A program made the position numbers and the translations under genes. A stretch of DNA of 64,000 nucleotides. It comes from Micropruina sp. GTDB taxonomy: Bacteria; Actinomycetota; Actinomycetes; Propionibacteriales; Propionibacteriaceae. The notes under the pieces are model-generated. The model was not told the origin of the DNA. It did not search any database and saw only the letters and a program-made list of their open reading frames with translations. Shown here in pieces: positions 40,100 through 49,347 of this stretch (position 1 is its first letter; each line of letters begins with the position of its first letter). The stretch lies in contig NZ_JASGDE010000018.1 of the NCBI RefSeq assembly GCF_047607385.1, positions 2,205 through 66,204 of the forward strand, read 5' to 3'.

Positions 40100-41580
40100 T
40101 TCTCGCCCTCCTGGCTCCCGGACCGGTTCAGCGCAGCGTCGGCCGCGGCCGACGTCCGAGTACCTGGTCGTTTGTGGGCCACCCAGCCCTCGATATTGCG
40201 TTGCCGGCTGCGGGCCAGCGCCAGCTCGCCGGGGCCGACCGCATCGGTGATCGTCGATCCCGCGGCGACGTAGGCGCCGTCGGCGATCTCGACCGGCGCC
40301 ACCAGGACGGAGTCGCTGCCCACGAAGGACGCCTTGCCGACGGTGCTGTGCGCCTTGTGTACCCCGTCGTAGTTGGCGAAGATCGTGCCGGCGCCGATGT
40401 TGGCGCCCTCGCCGATGGTGGCGTCCCCGCAGTAGGTCAGGTGCGGCACCTTGGCCCCGTCGCCGATCTGGGCGTTCTTGGTCTCGACGAAGGCGCCGAT
40501 CTTGCCTTTGCCGCCCAGTTGGGTTCCGGGCCGCAGGTAGGAGAATGGGCCGACCTGGGCGTCCGGCCCGATCACCGCCAAGGTGGCGTGGGTCCGGACG
40601 ACGTGGGCACCCTGGCCCACCTCGACATCGATCAGCGTGGTGTCCGGCCCGATCACCGCACCGGTGGCCACCGAGGTGGCCCCCTCCAGCGACGTGCCGG
40701 GGAGCAGGGTGACGTCGGCGGCCAGGTCGACCGAATCATGCACCCAGGTGGTCGCCGGATCGAGCACGGTGACACCCTCAGCCATCCAGCGACGCAGGAT
40801 GCGCCGGTTGAGTTCGGCGCTCAGCGCGGCCAGCTGGATGCGGTCGTTGATCCCTTCGGCCTGCACCGAGTCGGCCAGCACGGTGCCGCCCACCCGGCCG
40901 GCGCGACTGCGGGCGAACGCGATCACGTCGGTGAGGTACAGCTCGCCCTGGGCGTTGTCGGTGCTCAGCGCCGCGATGCCGGCGCGCAGCGTCTCGGCGT
41001 CGAAGACGTAGATGCCCGCGTTGATCTCGGCGATCTGCCGCTCGTCGTCGGACGCGTCGCGCTGTTCGACGATTCGGGCAACCTCGCCGGCCTCACGGAC
41101 GATGCGTCCATAGCCGGTCGGATCGTCCACGATCGTGGTCAGCAGGGTGACCGCGTTGCCCTCCGCGCGATGCGCCTGGATCAGCTCGCGCAACGTGTCG
41201 CCGGTGAGCAGCGGAACATCGCCGCTGGTCACGACCACGTCGCCGGTCAGGTCACCCAGGGCTGCGAGTCCGGAGCGGACGGCGTCGCCGGTGCCGCGGG
41301 GCTGCTCCTGGACGGCGGTGACCACCTGCGGGGCGATCTCGTCCAGATGCGCCTGGACCTGCTCGCGCTGATGACCGATCACCACCACCAGGTGCTCCGG
41401 CTCCAGCGCGCTGGCCGCCTCGACGGCGTAGCTGAGCATGGAGCGGCCGGCGAGTTGGTGCAGCACCTTCGCGGTGGCCGACTTCATCCGGGTACCCGCA
41501 CCGGCCGCCATGATGACGACGGCGGCGACACGCCCCTGGTCGGTAGTGGACACGAATTCTCCAAGAGGTCGATGGGCCAC
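40096..41580 (-). CDS. glmU: Bifunctional UDP-GlcNAc diphosphorylase / GlcN-1-P N-acetyltransferase
   Basis: VIMAAGAGTRMKS...LHQLAGRSML, followed by left-handed beta-helix hexapeptide repeats. The stop overlaps the prs start. The exact start (41580 or an internal GTG) is uncertain. Confidence 0.93.
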   Translation of the reverse strand: MAHRPLGEFVSTTDQGRVAAVVIMAAGAGTRMKSATAKVLHQLAGRSMLSYAVEAASALEPEHLVVVIGHQREQVQAHLDEIAPQVVTAVQEQPRGTGDAVRSGLAALGDLTGDVVVTSGDVPLLTGDTLRELIQAHRAEGNAVTLLTTIVDDPTGYGRIVREAGEVARIVEQRDASDDERQIAEINAGIYVFDAETLRAGIAALSTDNAQGELYLTDVIAFARSRAGRVGGTVLADSVQAEGINDRIQLAALSAELNRRILRRWMAEGVTVLDPATTWVHDSVDLAADVTLLPGTSLEGATSVATGAVIGPDTTLIDVEVGQGAHVVRTHATLAVIGPDAQVGPFSYLRPGTQLGGKGKIGAFVETKNAQIGDGAKVPHLTYCGDATIGEGANIGAGTIFANYDGVHKAHSTVGKASFVGSDSVLVAPVEIADGAYVAAGSTITDAVGPGELALARSRQRNIEGWVAHKRPGTRTSAAADAALNRSGSQEGEK

Positions 41581-41713
41581 GCGGGGCTCCGGGTCGAGGG
41601 TCGCTCGGCCGAGGAGTTCTGGATCTCAGCCTAATGGACCTGCGGGGGTGGCCCGCACCCGAGAACGGCAACCGCCCGCGACGGGCCGCGGCGCGGACGC
41701 CGGCCCGAGCCCA

Positions 41714-41775
41714 CCGCTCGCCTAACTATCTGGGGCTCGCCGAGTTCGGCGAGCCCCAAATAGTTAGGCGAGCGG
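41714..41775. repeat. 62-bp compound hairpin with CCGCTCGCCTAACTAT outer stem (same family as 24199-24258)
   Basis: CCGCTCGCCTAACTAT ... ATAGTTAGGCGAGCGG forms the outer stem, with inner stem TGGGGCTCGCCGA-GT-TCGGCGAGCCCCA. It lies 17 nt downstream of the MFS gene stop (41792, minus). Confidence 0.85.
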
Positions 41776-41791
41776 ATGGTGCGGACGAGGG

Positions 41792-43015
41792 TCAGGAATC
41801 GCCGAACGACAACGCCTCGGCCTCGGTCACCGAGTTGACCGGCTCGGCACCGTGCTCGGGCTGGTCGTCGATCACCCGCAGCCGGCCGCGGGCAGTGCAC
41901 AGCACCCCGATCGCGGCGGCCACCGCGACGGCACCGACCCAGAACGGCAGGTGGATCGAGTACTCGCCGATCACCCCGGCCAGCCAGGGAGCCACCGCGC
42001 CGCCGGTGAACCGGACGAAGCTGTAGGCCGCCGAGGCGGTGCCGCGCTCGGCGTCCGAGACCTTCATCACGGCCTCGGTGATCAGGGTGTTGTTCACGCC
42101 CAGGAACGCCCCGGCCAGCACTACCCCGGTGGCCAGCACGGCCTTGTTGTCGGCGAACAGGGCCATGGTGGCCAGCACCAGCGCGAACCCGGTGAGGGCC
42201 GCGACGATGCCGCCGAAGGTGCCGATCCGACGTTGCACCCAGGGCGCCAGGAAGACCGAGGACAGGGCCAGCAGGATGCCCCAGCCGAAGAAGATCAGAC
42301 CGATCTCCAACGCGCCCATGGCCAGCGGGAAGGGAGTGAAGGCGAGCAGGGTGAAGAAGCCGAAGTTGTACAGCAGCGCGGTGATCCCGACGGTGAGCAG
42401 GCCCCGGTCGCGCAGCGCCAGCAGCGGGGCGGCCAGCGAGGTCGCCTGACCGGAGGGCCGCTCCGGCGGCAGGCTGACCAGGGTGGCGACCAGCGCCACC
42501 GCCATCAACACAGCGACCCCGAAGAACGGCAGCCGCCAGGACACGCTGCCCAGCCAGCCGCCGAGCAGCGGGCCGGCCGCGATGCCGACGCCCAGCGCGG
42601 CCTCGTAGAGGATGATCGCCTGACCGACCGAGCCGGTGGCGGCCCGGACGATGGTGGCCAGCGCGGTGGCGATGAACAGCGCGTTACCCAGCCCCCACAG
42701 GGCACGGAACGCGACGATGCCGGCGACGCCTTCCTGCATTCCGGCCAGCGCGGAGCCGGCGATGATCAGGGCCAGACCGAGCAGCAGCGTCCACTTGGCG
42801 CCGAGCCGGCTGCTCACCCAGCCGGTGCCGAGCATCGCCACGCCCATCACCGCCATGTAGCTGGTGAACAGCAGCGACACCTCGGACGGGCCGGCGCCCA
42901 GTTCGTCCGCGATCGGCTTGAGGATGGGATCGACCAGGCCGATCCCCATGAAGGAGATCACACAGGCGAAGGCGACGGACCAGACGGTCCGCGATTGACG
43001 CAGCATGGGCGTCAT
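41792..43015 (-). CDS. MFS transporter (drug-efflux type)
   Basis: 407 aa, 12 TM, co-oriented with and overlapping (ATGA-type, 4 nt) the upstream MarR gene. Confidence 0.85.
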   Translation of the reverse strand: MTPMLRQSRTVWSVAFACVISFMGIGLVDPILKPIADELGAGPSEVSLLFTSYMAVMGVAMLGTGWVSSRLGAKWTLLLGLALIIAGSALAGMQEGVAGIVAFRALWGLGNALFIATALATIVRAATGSVGQAIILYEAALGVGIAAGPLLGGWLGSVSWRLPFFGVAVLMAVALVATLVSLPPERPSGQATSLAAPLLALRDRGLLTVGITALLYNFGFFTLLAFTPFPLAMGALEIGLIFFGWGILLALSSVFLAPWVQRRIGTFGGIVAALTGFALVLATMALFADNKAVLATGVVLAGAFLGVNNTLITEAVMKVSDAERGTASAAYSFVRFTGGAVAPWLAGVIGEYSIHLPFWVGAVAVAAAIGVLCTARGRLRVIDDQPEHGAEPVNSVTEAEALSFGDS

Positions 43016-43452
43016 TCCTTTCCGGCCGCCGCAGAGGCGGCCTGCAATAATTGCTCCAGTAGATCGGCGGCGTCTCGGACGCGGCTCTCAGCGACGCCGG
43101 CCGCGTCCATGATCCGGGTGAGTGCCTCCCCCCGGGACCGCCGGGCTTTTTCCAGCGCGGCTCTCCCACTAGGCGTGATGGCGACCAGGATGGCGCGCGC
43201 GTCGTCGGGATCGGCGTCCCGCTCGACCCAGCCGCGAGATTCCAGCCGGCCCACCTGGCGGGTGACCGCGGGCTGACTGGTCTGATCGGCATGGGCCAGG
43301 TCGCCGATCCTGATCGGCCCCCGTTCCTCGACGATCGCCAGCAGCCGGAACACTCCGGACGGGGCGCCGAGGCCGGCCTGCGTGCTGGCCCACCGAGAGA
43401 GCGCGCCCGCGGCCCGCACCAGGTCTTCGGCGGCGGACGACGGAGTATCCAT
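43012..43452 (-). CDS. MarR-family transcriptional regulator
   Basis: FRLLAIVEERGPIRIGDLAHADQTSQPAVTRQVGRLESRGWVERDADPDDARAILV is a winged HTH. Confidence 0.85.
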   Translation of the reverse strand: MDTPSSAAEDLVRAAGALSRWASTQAGLGAPSGVFRLLAIVEERGPIRIGDLAHADQTSQPAVTRQVGRLESRGWVERDADPDDARAILVAITPSGRAALEKARRSRGEALTRIMDAAGVAESRVRDAADLLEQLLQAASAAAGKE

Positions 43453-43463
43453 GCCTTAGTTAT

Positions 43464-43476
43464 ATACCTAGGGTAT
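43464..43476. promoter_or_regulatory. Palindrome ATACC-TAG-GGTAT in an unusually AT-rich stretch upstream of the MarR gene
   Basis: ttagttatATACCTAGGGTATttaaatttcaa lies directly upstream of the MarR start, so it is a candidate promoter or MarR operator. Confidence 0.4.
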
Positions 43477-43598
43477 TTAAATTTCAACCCTGACCCCCGG
43501 CGGCACTCCAGGCGGCCTGGATTGACGCCTCGCCCGCATCCTCGTCGGCCACCTCGGCGGAATCTTGACGGATGGACGCCGCGTTGCTACCTTACGGA

Positions 43599-43616
43599 TG
43601 CTAAACCGGTTCAGCA
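43599..43616. promoter_or_regulatory. LacI-family-type operator candidate TGCTAAACCGGTTCAGCA
   Basis: 18-bp near-palindrome (16/18 symmetric) with a CCGG centre, 78 bp upstream of the LacY-like permease start. Confidence 0.45.
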
Positions 43617-43693
43617 GCGTCGAGAATCGATTTAGCCTCATGAGTACTCGGTCTCCGGCCGAGCTGATCCGAAGATCAAAGGAGCTCTTTCCT

Positions 43694-44974
43694 ATGCCGA
43701 AAATCGGTCATCTGTTCAAAAACGGCGCCTATCTGCAGAGTTCCGCCACTCTGTTCATCTTCTTTGCCTCGTGGGGCATCTGGTGGTCGTTCTTCTCGAC
43801 CTGGCTCGACAAGAGCCTGGGGCTGAGCGGCGCCCAGATCGGCACCGTCTACTCGGTGAACTCGTTCACCACCATCGCCGTGATGTTCTTCTACGGCATG
43901 GTCCAGGACCGGCTCGGCCTGAAGCGGCACCTGGTGATCCTGTCCTCGGCGGTGATGGCGAGCCTCGCGCCGTTCGTCATCTTCGTCTACGAGCCCCTGC
44001 TCAAGAACAACTTCGGCTTGGGCGTCGCCGCCGGCGCCATCTACCTGCCCTTCGGCTACACCGCCGCGGTCGGCCTGCTCGAAGCGTTCTCCGAGCGGAT
44101 GAGCCGCACCTACGGCTTCGAGTACGGTCAGGCCCGCGGCTGGGGTTCGCTCGGCTACGGCGTGGCGGCCCTCGGCACCGGCTTCATCTTCACCATCAAC
44201 CCGCAGATCAACTTCTTCCTGGGTTCCGCCTTCGGCATCGCCTGTCTGCTGATCCAGGTCTTCTGGAAGACCGATCACGTGCCGCTGGCACCTGGCCACA
44301 CCGCCCACCCGCACACCCCGAGCCTGCGCGAGATGGCCGCGGTGCTGAAGCTGAAGAACCTCTGGGTCGTCATCGGCTTCGTCATCTTCAGCTGGACGTT
44401 CTACAACCTGTACGACAACCAGATGTTCCCGAACTTCTACCGCGGCCTGTTCGAGAACGAGGACGTCGGCCTGCACACCTACGGCATCCTCAACTCCGTC
44501 CAGGTGTTCGCCGAGGCCGGCTGCATGATGCTGGTCCCGATCATCATGCGGAAGGTCGGCGTCCGGACCACGCTGATGCTGGGCGTCTCGGTGATGTGCC
44601 TGCGCATCCTCGGCTCGGCGGTGTTCCACGATCCCGTCCTGGTGTCGATCGTGAAGATGTTCCACGCCATCGAGGTGCCGCTGTTCATCCTCGGCATCTT
44701 CCGCTACCTGACCCTGCACTTCAATGCGGCCCTCTCCGCCACCCTGTACCTGGTGGGCTTCGAGGTGTCGGCGCAGGTCGGCAACACCGTCTTCGCCATC
44801 CCCTTCGGCGCCATCCGCGACTCGATCGGCTTCCAGCCCACGTTCTTCGTGATCGCCGGCGTCGTGGCTCTGGCGGGCATCTGGGCGTACTTCGCACTCA
44901 AGAAGGACGACCAGGACGTCGAGGGTGATCCGTTCGTCCGCGACTCGCAGCGAACGGCGGACGCCGCGGCCTGA
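43694..44974 (+). CDS. LacY-family oligosaccharide:H+ symporter (MFS)
   Basis: MPKIGHLFKNGAYLQSSATLFIFFASWGIWWSFFSTWL...GMVQDRLGLKRHL resembles LacY/CscB/RafB permeases. RBS aaggag lies 9 nt upstream of ATG 43694. Confidence 0.8.
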   Translation: MPKIGHLFKNGAYLQSSATLFIFFASWGIWWSFFSTWLDKSLGLSGAQIGTVYSVNSFTTIAVMFFYGMVQDRLGLKRHLVILSSAVMASLAPFVIFVYEPLLKNNFGLGVAAGAIYLPFGYTAAVGLLEAFSERMSRTYGFEYGQARGWGSLGYGVAALGTGFIFTINPQINFFLGSAFGIACLLIQVFWKTDHVPLAPGHTAHPHTPSLREMAAVLKLKNLWVVIGFVIFSWTFYNLYDNQMFPNFYRGLFENEDVGLHTYGILNSVQVFAEAGCMMLVPIIMRKVGVRTTLMLGVSVMCLRILGSAVFHDPVLVSIVKMFHAIEVPLFILGIFRYLTLHFNAALSATLYLVGFEVSAQVGNTVFAIPFGAIRDSIGFQPTFFVIAGVVALAGIWAYFALKKDDQDVEGDPFVRDSQRTADAAA

Positions 44975-44990
44975 CCGACGGCCACCATCG

Positions 44991-45036
44991 CAACGCAACT
45001 CAGCGCCTCGGGATCCCGGGGCGCTGAGTTGCGTTG
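44991..45036 (+). terminator. 46-bp near-perfect palindrome downstream of the permease gene
   Basis: CAACGCAACTCAGCGCC (44991-45007) pairs with GGCGCTGAGTTGCGTTG (45020-45036). The central tcgggatcccgg is itself nearly symmetric. Confidence 0.7.
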
Positions 45037-45259
45037 CGGGCCGGCAGCGTTGCATTGCGGGCCACCGCCCCCGACGGGTCCGATGATCGTCGGGACACTC
45101 GGCGGCCCGGCCAGGGTAGACTGCCAGTCACCACCGCCCCGGACCATACGAGGCGCTGCCCGTCGGGCGTCGGTCGACGCCACGGTGAGCAGCCCCGGAC
45201 CCCGACGCCCTGTCCGCTCGCGCACCGCGCCGAGCACCTCAGTTCTACACGGAGTTCCC

Positions 45260-47392
45260 TTGCCACTCGCCAGCCTGATCATTCCCGCCCACAACGAGTC
45301 CGCCGTCCTGCCGGCAACGCTGGAGCGGATCGCCGACGACCCGTTGGCGGCGTCCGTCGAGGTCGTCGTGGTCGCCAATGCCTGCACCGACTCGACCGTC
45401 GAGACCGCCCGCGGTTTCGCCGACCGGCTCCCGCTGCTCACGGTGATCGACACCGAGACCCCGGGCAAGGCGAACGCCCTGAACCTCGGCGACGAAGCGG
45501 CCCAGGCATTTCCGCGCATCTTCCTCGACGCCGACATCGTGCTGGGGCCGGGCGCCCTGGAAGGGATGATCTCCGCGCTGTCGGTGGACGAGCCGGTGGT
45601 CGGCTCCCCCGCCATCCGCTTCGACCTGGACGGCGCCGACCGCTGGGTGCGCGACTACTACCGCGTCTTCGAGCAGATGCCGTACCTCAGCGAGGACCTC
45701 GTCGGGCTCGGCGTCTACGGCGTCTCCGAGCAGGGCCGGCAGCGTTTCGAGCGGTTCCCCGACCTGATGGCCGACGATCTCTACATCCAGCGCCTGTTCG
45801 AGCCCGCCGAACGCGTCCGGACCCCCGGCGAGTTCGTGGTGCGGACGCCGCGGCGCTGGGCCGACCTGGTCCGGGTGCGGACCCGGGTGGACCGCGGCAA
45901 CGCGCAGGTCGCGGCCGCCGCCGACGATCTCGAGTCGGGCCACGACTACTCGCGGACCTCGTCCTCGTCGGTGCGCAGCCTGGTCGGGCTGGTCGCCGAG
46001 CAGCCCTCGCTGGCCCCGTCCGCGCTGGTCTACGTCGGCACCACGGTGGCGGCGAAGGTGCAGGCCCGGCTGAAGGGCGATCAGTGGGGGCGCGACGACT
46101 CCAGCCGGGTGGTAGCGACGGATGCCACAGCGGTCGACTCTCACGAGCCGGTGGCCTACCTGGTCAGCCAATACCCGCTGATCTCGCACACCTTCGTCGA
46201 GCGCGAGATCGAGGGACTGCGGCGGATGGGCACGCCGGTGCACTCGTTCACCGTCCGCCCGCCGGGCGCGCTGCTCAGCGAGACCATGCGCGCGGAGGCC
46301 GCGCGCACCATCGTGCTGCAGGAGTCGACCGGCGCCCTCGCCACCGCGGCACTGCGTGAGACCCTCGGACATCCGGCGGCCGTGCTGGGCGCGCTCGGAC
46401 GGGCCGTCCGGACCGGCGAGGCCCGGGCCCGGAGCCGGGTCTGGCAGATCTTCTACGCCGGTGAGGCGATGCGGCTGCTGGCCGAGATGCGCCGCCTCGG
46501 GTTGCGCCACGTGCACGCCCACTTCGCCAACAGCGGCGCCGACATCGCCCGGGCCGCCGTCGCCTACGCCCGCAGCGTCGATCCCGACGGCGGCTGGCGG
46601 TGGTCGTTCACCATGCACGGACCGACCGAGTTCGAGGCGGTCGACCGCTTCGACCTGGCCGGCAAGGTCGCCGACGCCGACGGGGTGGCCTGCATCTCCG
46701 ACTTCACCCGCAGCCAGCTGATGCGACTCAGCGACCCCAGCGACTGGGCCAAGCTGCAGATCGTGCACATGAGCGTCGACACCGACCGCTTCGTGCCGCC
46801 CGCCGAGCCCCGCCCGACCGACGGCCCGCTGCGGATCCTCGACGTCGGCCGCCTGGTGCCCGAGAAGGGGGCGCCGGTGCTGCTGGACGCCGCCACCCAG
46901 CTCGCCGAGCAGGGTGTCGACTTCGAGCTGCGGCTGGTCGGCGGCGGTGACCTGGACGCCGAGCTGCGCACCATCATCGCGGCCCGTGGCCTCTCCGACC
47001 GCGTCACCCTGGTCGGCCCGGTCGGGCAGGACGACATCCTCGCCGAGTACCACTGGGCGAACGTGTTCTGCCTGCCCAGCTTCCAGGAGGGCCTGCCGGT
47101 CGTCCTGATGGAGGCGATGGCCACCGGCATGCCGGTGGTGACCACCCCGATCAACGGTATTCCGGAGCTGGTCAAGGACGGCCGCAACGGCTATCTGGTG
47201 CCCCCGGGCCGGGCGGACCTGCTGGCCGACACGCTGGCCGGCCTGGCGTCCGACCCCGCGTTGCGGCATCGGCTCGGCGTCACGGCCCGTGAGGACGTGA
47301 TCGCCGGGTTCGCGCTGGATGCCTGCGCACTGGCGCAGCAGCAGTTCCTGGACGGTATCGGACGCCCGACCCCGACCGAGTCGATCGGCTGA
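45260..47392 (+). CDS. Fused GT2 (N-terminal) and GT4/GT-B (C-terminal) glycosyltransferase
   Basis: The N-terminal half has SLIIPAHNES...VVVVANACTDST...GKANALNLG...FLDADI (GT-A). The C-terminal half has YLVSQYPLISHTFVEREI...LVPEKG...LPSFQEGLPVVLMEAMATGMPVVTT (GT-B, EX7E). There is no stop between them. TTG 45260 follows acggag. Confidence 0.75.
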   Translation: MPLASLIIPAHNESAVLPATLERIADDPLAASVEVVVVANACTDSTVETARGFADRLPLLTVIDTETPGKANALNLGDEAAQAFPRIFLDADIVLGPGALEGMISALSVDEPVVGSPAIRFDLDGADRWVRDYYRVFEQMPYLSEDLVGLGVYGVSEQGRQRFERFPDLMADDLYIQRLFEPAERVRTPGEFVVRTPRRWADLVRVRTRVDRGNAQVAAAADDLESGHDYSRTSSSSVRSLVGLVAEQPSLAPSALVYVGTTVAAKVQARLKGDQWGRDDSSRVVATDATAVDSHEPVAYLVSQYPLISHTFVEREIEGLRRMGTPVHSFTVRPPGALLSETMRAEAARTIVLQESTGALATAALRETLGHPAAVLGALGRAVRTGEARARSRVWQIFYAGEAMRLLAEMRRLGLRHVHAHFANSGADIARAAVAYARSVDPDGGWRWSFTMHGPTEFEAVDRFDLAGKVADADGVACISDFTRSQLMRLSDPSDWAKLQIVHMSVDTDRFVPPAEPRPTDGPLRILDVGRLVPEKGAPVLLDAATQLAEQGVDFELRLVGGGDLDAELRTIIAARGLSDRVTLVGPVGQDDILAEYHWANVFCLPSFQEGLPVVLMEAMATGMPVVTTPINGIPELVKDGRNGYLVPPGRADLLADTLAGLASDPALRHRLGVTAREDVIAGFALDACALAQQQFLDGIGRPTPTESIG

Positions 47393-47396
47393 CGCC

Positions 47397-48491
47397 ATGG
47401 ATCCGGTCAACCAGGAAGCCCACCCGGTCGACCGCCCCTTCGGCCGGCGGGCACTGCTCGCCGCCGGAATCGGGATCCTCGCGTCACCGATCCTGGGAGG
47501 CTGCGGCTCCCCTGCCCCGACCCGCTTCGAAGCGGTGGACGGGATCATCCGCGGTCTCGACGGCGCCACCTTCACGCCGCTGGGCGCGAACGTGGGCACG
47601 GTCAAGACCTTCGACTGGAAGGGCGATGCCCGCGGCCACGCGGCCGACGCGGTGGCCTGGGGCTGGAACACGGTCCGGCTCAACCTGATGGTGACCGACG
47701 CCGCCAGCTGGTCCTACGTGGCGAACCGGGGCGCCGACGCACTGCTCGACCTGGCGTCCGAGATCGTCGACGAGTACACCGGCGCCGGCCTGGTGGTGAT
47801 CCTCGACGCCCACGACAATCCACGGTCCAAGGACAACGACCAGGCCGCGGTCGAGTCGCAACTCATCTCCTGGTGGACCACCGCCGCCGCCAGGTTCCGG
47901 GACAACCCCCGGGTGTGGTGCGGGCTGCTCAACGAGCCCGACTACCTCAACGACGAATGGGTGCGGATCCTGGACACCCTGGCCAGCGCGGTGCGCGGCA
48001 CCGGGAACGCGAATCCGATCCTGCTCGGGGCACCCTGCTGGGGCCAGGACCTCGGCCCTACCGAGCCCTACTTCGCCGGCGCCAAGTTCAGCTACCAGGC
48101 CGACATGGCCCCGGCCCTGCAGCGCAAGCACGGCAACGTCATCCTGGAGCAGCACAACTACGGCGCCTACGAGATGTACTCGACGGCCGACAAGCTCGCC
48201 GGCTACGTCGCCAAGGTCCGCGAGGCGGGGCTCACCCCACTGATCGGGGAGTTCGGCTACACCGTCGACCGCTCCAGCACCGCGGGCAGCTTCGCGGCCA
48301 ACTACGCCGGCGCGCAGGCGGTGCTGGAGGTTGCCCGCAACGACGGCGTCGGCGCGCTGTGGTGGCACGCGACGCACGGCGACAAGTACTCATTGAAGGC
48401 CGACGGAACGGCCTTCTGGACCGGCGGGCCCGACCACGGGCTCTCCGACGGCGGGTCGCGGCTGTGGCAGCTCGGCCACCAGCCCCGCTAG
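47397..48491 (+). CDS. GH5-like (cellulase family) glycoside hydrolase lipoprotein with Tat-type signal
   Basis: GRRALLAAGIGILASPILGGC signal/lipobox, WGWNTVRL, ILDAHDN, GLLNEPD (catalytic NEP), GEFG. Confidence 0.75.
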   Translation: MDPVNQEAHPVDRPFGRRALLAAGIGILASPILGGCGSPAPTRFEAVDGIIRGLDGATFTPLGANVGTVKTFDWKGDARGHAADAVAWGWNTVRLNLMVTDAASWSYVANRGADALLDLASEIVDEYTGAGLVVILDAHDNPRSKDNDQAAVESQLISWWTTAAARFRDNPRVWCGLLNEPDYLNDEWVRILDTLASAVRGTGNANPILLGAPCWGQDLGPTEPYFAGAKFSYQADMAPALQRKHGNVILEQHNYGAYEMYSTADKLAGYVAKVREAGLTPLIGEFGYTVDRSSTAGSFAANYAGAQAVLEVARNDGVGALWWHATHGDKYSLKADGTAFWTGGPDHGLSDGGSRLWQLGHQPR

Positions 48492-48495
48492 CGGG

Positions 48496-49080
48496 CTAGG
48501 ACTTCCGCTCGCCCACCTGGCGCGCCGGCGAACCAGCGACGATGGCGTTCTCCGGCACGACCCCGCGGACCACCGAGTTGGCCCCGACGACGGCACCGGA
48601 ACCGATCCGGGCACCCGGAACGATGATGCACCCGGCCGCGATCCACACGCCGTCGCCGATCTCGACACCGGTGCCGGACCAGTCCTGGTCGACGATGGGC
48701 ACCCCGGCCCGGGTGCCGTGATTGCTGCCGACGACGGTCACGTTCTGGGCGAGCAGGCAGCGAGCACCGATCGTGATCGGTGCACCGGAGGCCCGGATGT
48801 TCCCGAACTCCCCGATGTAGGTCTCGTCGCCGACGTCCAGCCGGGAGCCAGTGAGTCCGCCGCCGTCGACCACCACGATGCTGGTCGGGCCGCTGATGCT
48901 GACCCGGTCTCCCAGCCTGATCCGGCCCGGATCGCCCAGGATGGTCACCCGGCGGCTGATCGCCGCCGTGGGGTACGTCACCCGCAGTGCCGTGCGGGTC
49001 CGGACGGCGTTGACGTCCGCCAGCAGGTCGCGAGCGACGGACTTCGCCAACGCCATCGCCGATCGAGAAATGGAGGTCAC
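48496..49080 (-). CDS. Hexapeptide-repeat (LbH) O-acetyltransferase
   Basis: IGARCLLAQNVTVVGSNH...VEIGDGVWIAAGCIIVPGARIGSGAVVGANSVV are left-handed beta-helix repeats. Confidence 0.8.
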   Translation of the reverse strand: MTSISRSAMALAKSVARDLLADVNAVRTRTALRVTYPTAAISRRVTILGDPGRIRLGDRVSISGPTSIVVVDGGGLTGSRLDVGDETYIGEFGNIRASGAPITIGARCLLAQNVTVVGSNHGTRAGVPIVDQDWSGTGVEIGDGVWIAAGCIIVPGARIGSGAVVGANSVVRGVVPENAIVAGSPARQVGERKS

Positions 49081-49182
49081 CGGACGGATGCTAGCAGCGC
49101 GCCACTCCCCAGGGGCGAGCGCCCGCAGCGCCGCGAGGCTGGCAAGACCCTGTCCACAGTGCGATACAGCAAGTGGCCTTTT

Positions 49183-49210
49183 TTGACGTCCAACGCAATT
49201 CGTGCATACT
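49183..49210 (+). promoter_or_regulatory. Candidate sigma-A-type promoter for the GT26 operon
   Basis: TTGACG (49183-49188), a 16-bp spacer, then CATACT (49205-49210), in a locally AT-richer divergent gap. Confidence 0.4.
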
Positions 49211-49347
49211 AGTCAAGGTAAGTATCCTCGGGGGAGGTCATTACGGGAGCGCGTACCCATTTTCGGGTACGCAACTTCGGTATAGACCAATAGAACGCAC
49301 ACCTGGTTCATTCCCCGTTCCCACCCCAGAACGAGAGGAACCGCTCC

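Noticed and set aside
45245-47683. 812-aa minus-strand ORF. Similar long ORFs occur at 35599-37974 (+), 49213-51348 (-), 54047-56008 (+) and 43676-45055 (-).
   Set aside because: All are antisense to genes with recognisable domains and share the Arg/Gly/Asp/His-rich shadow composition.
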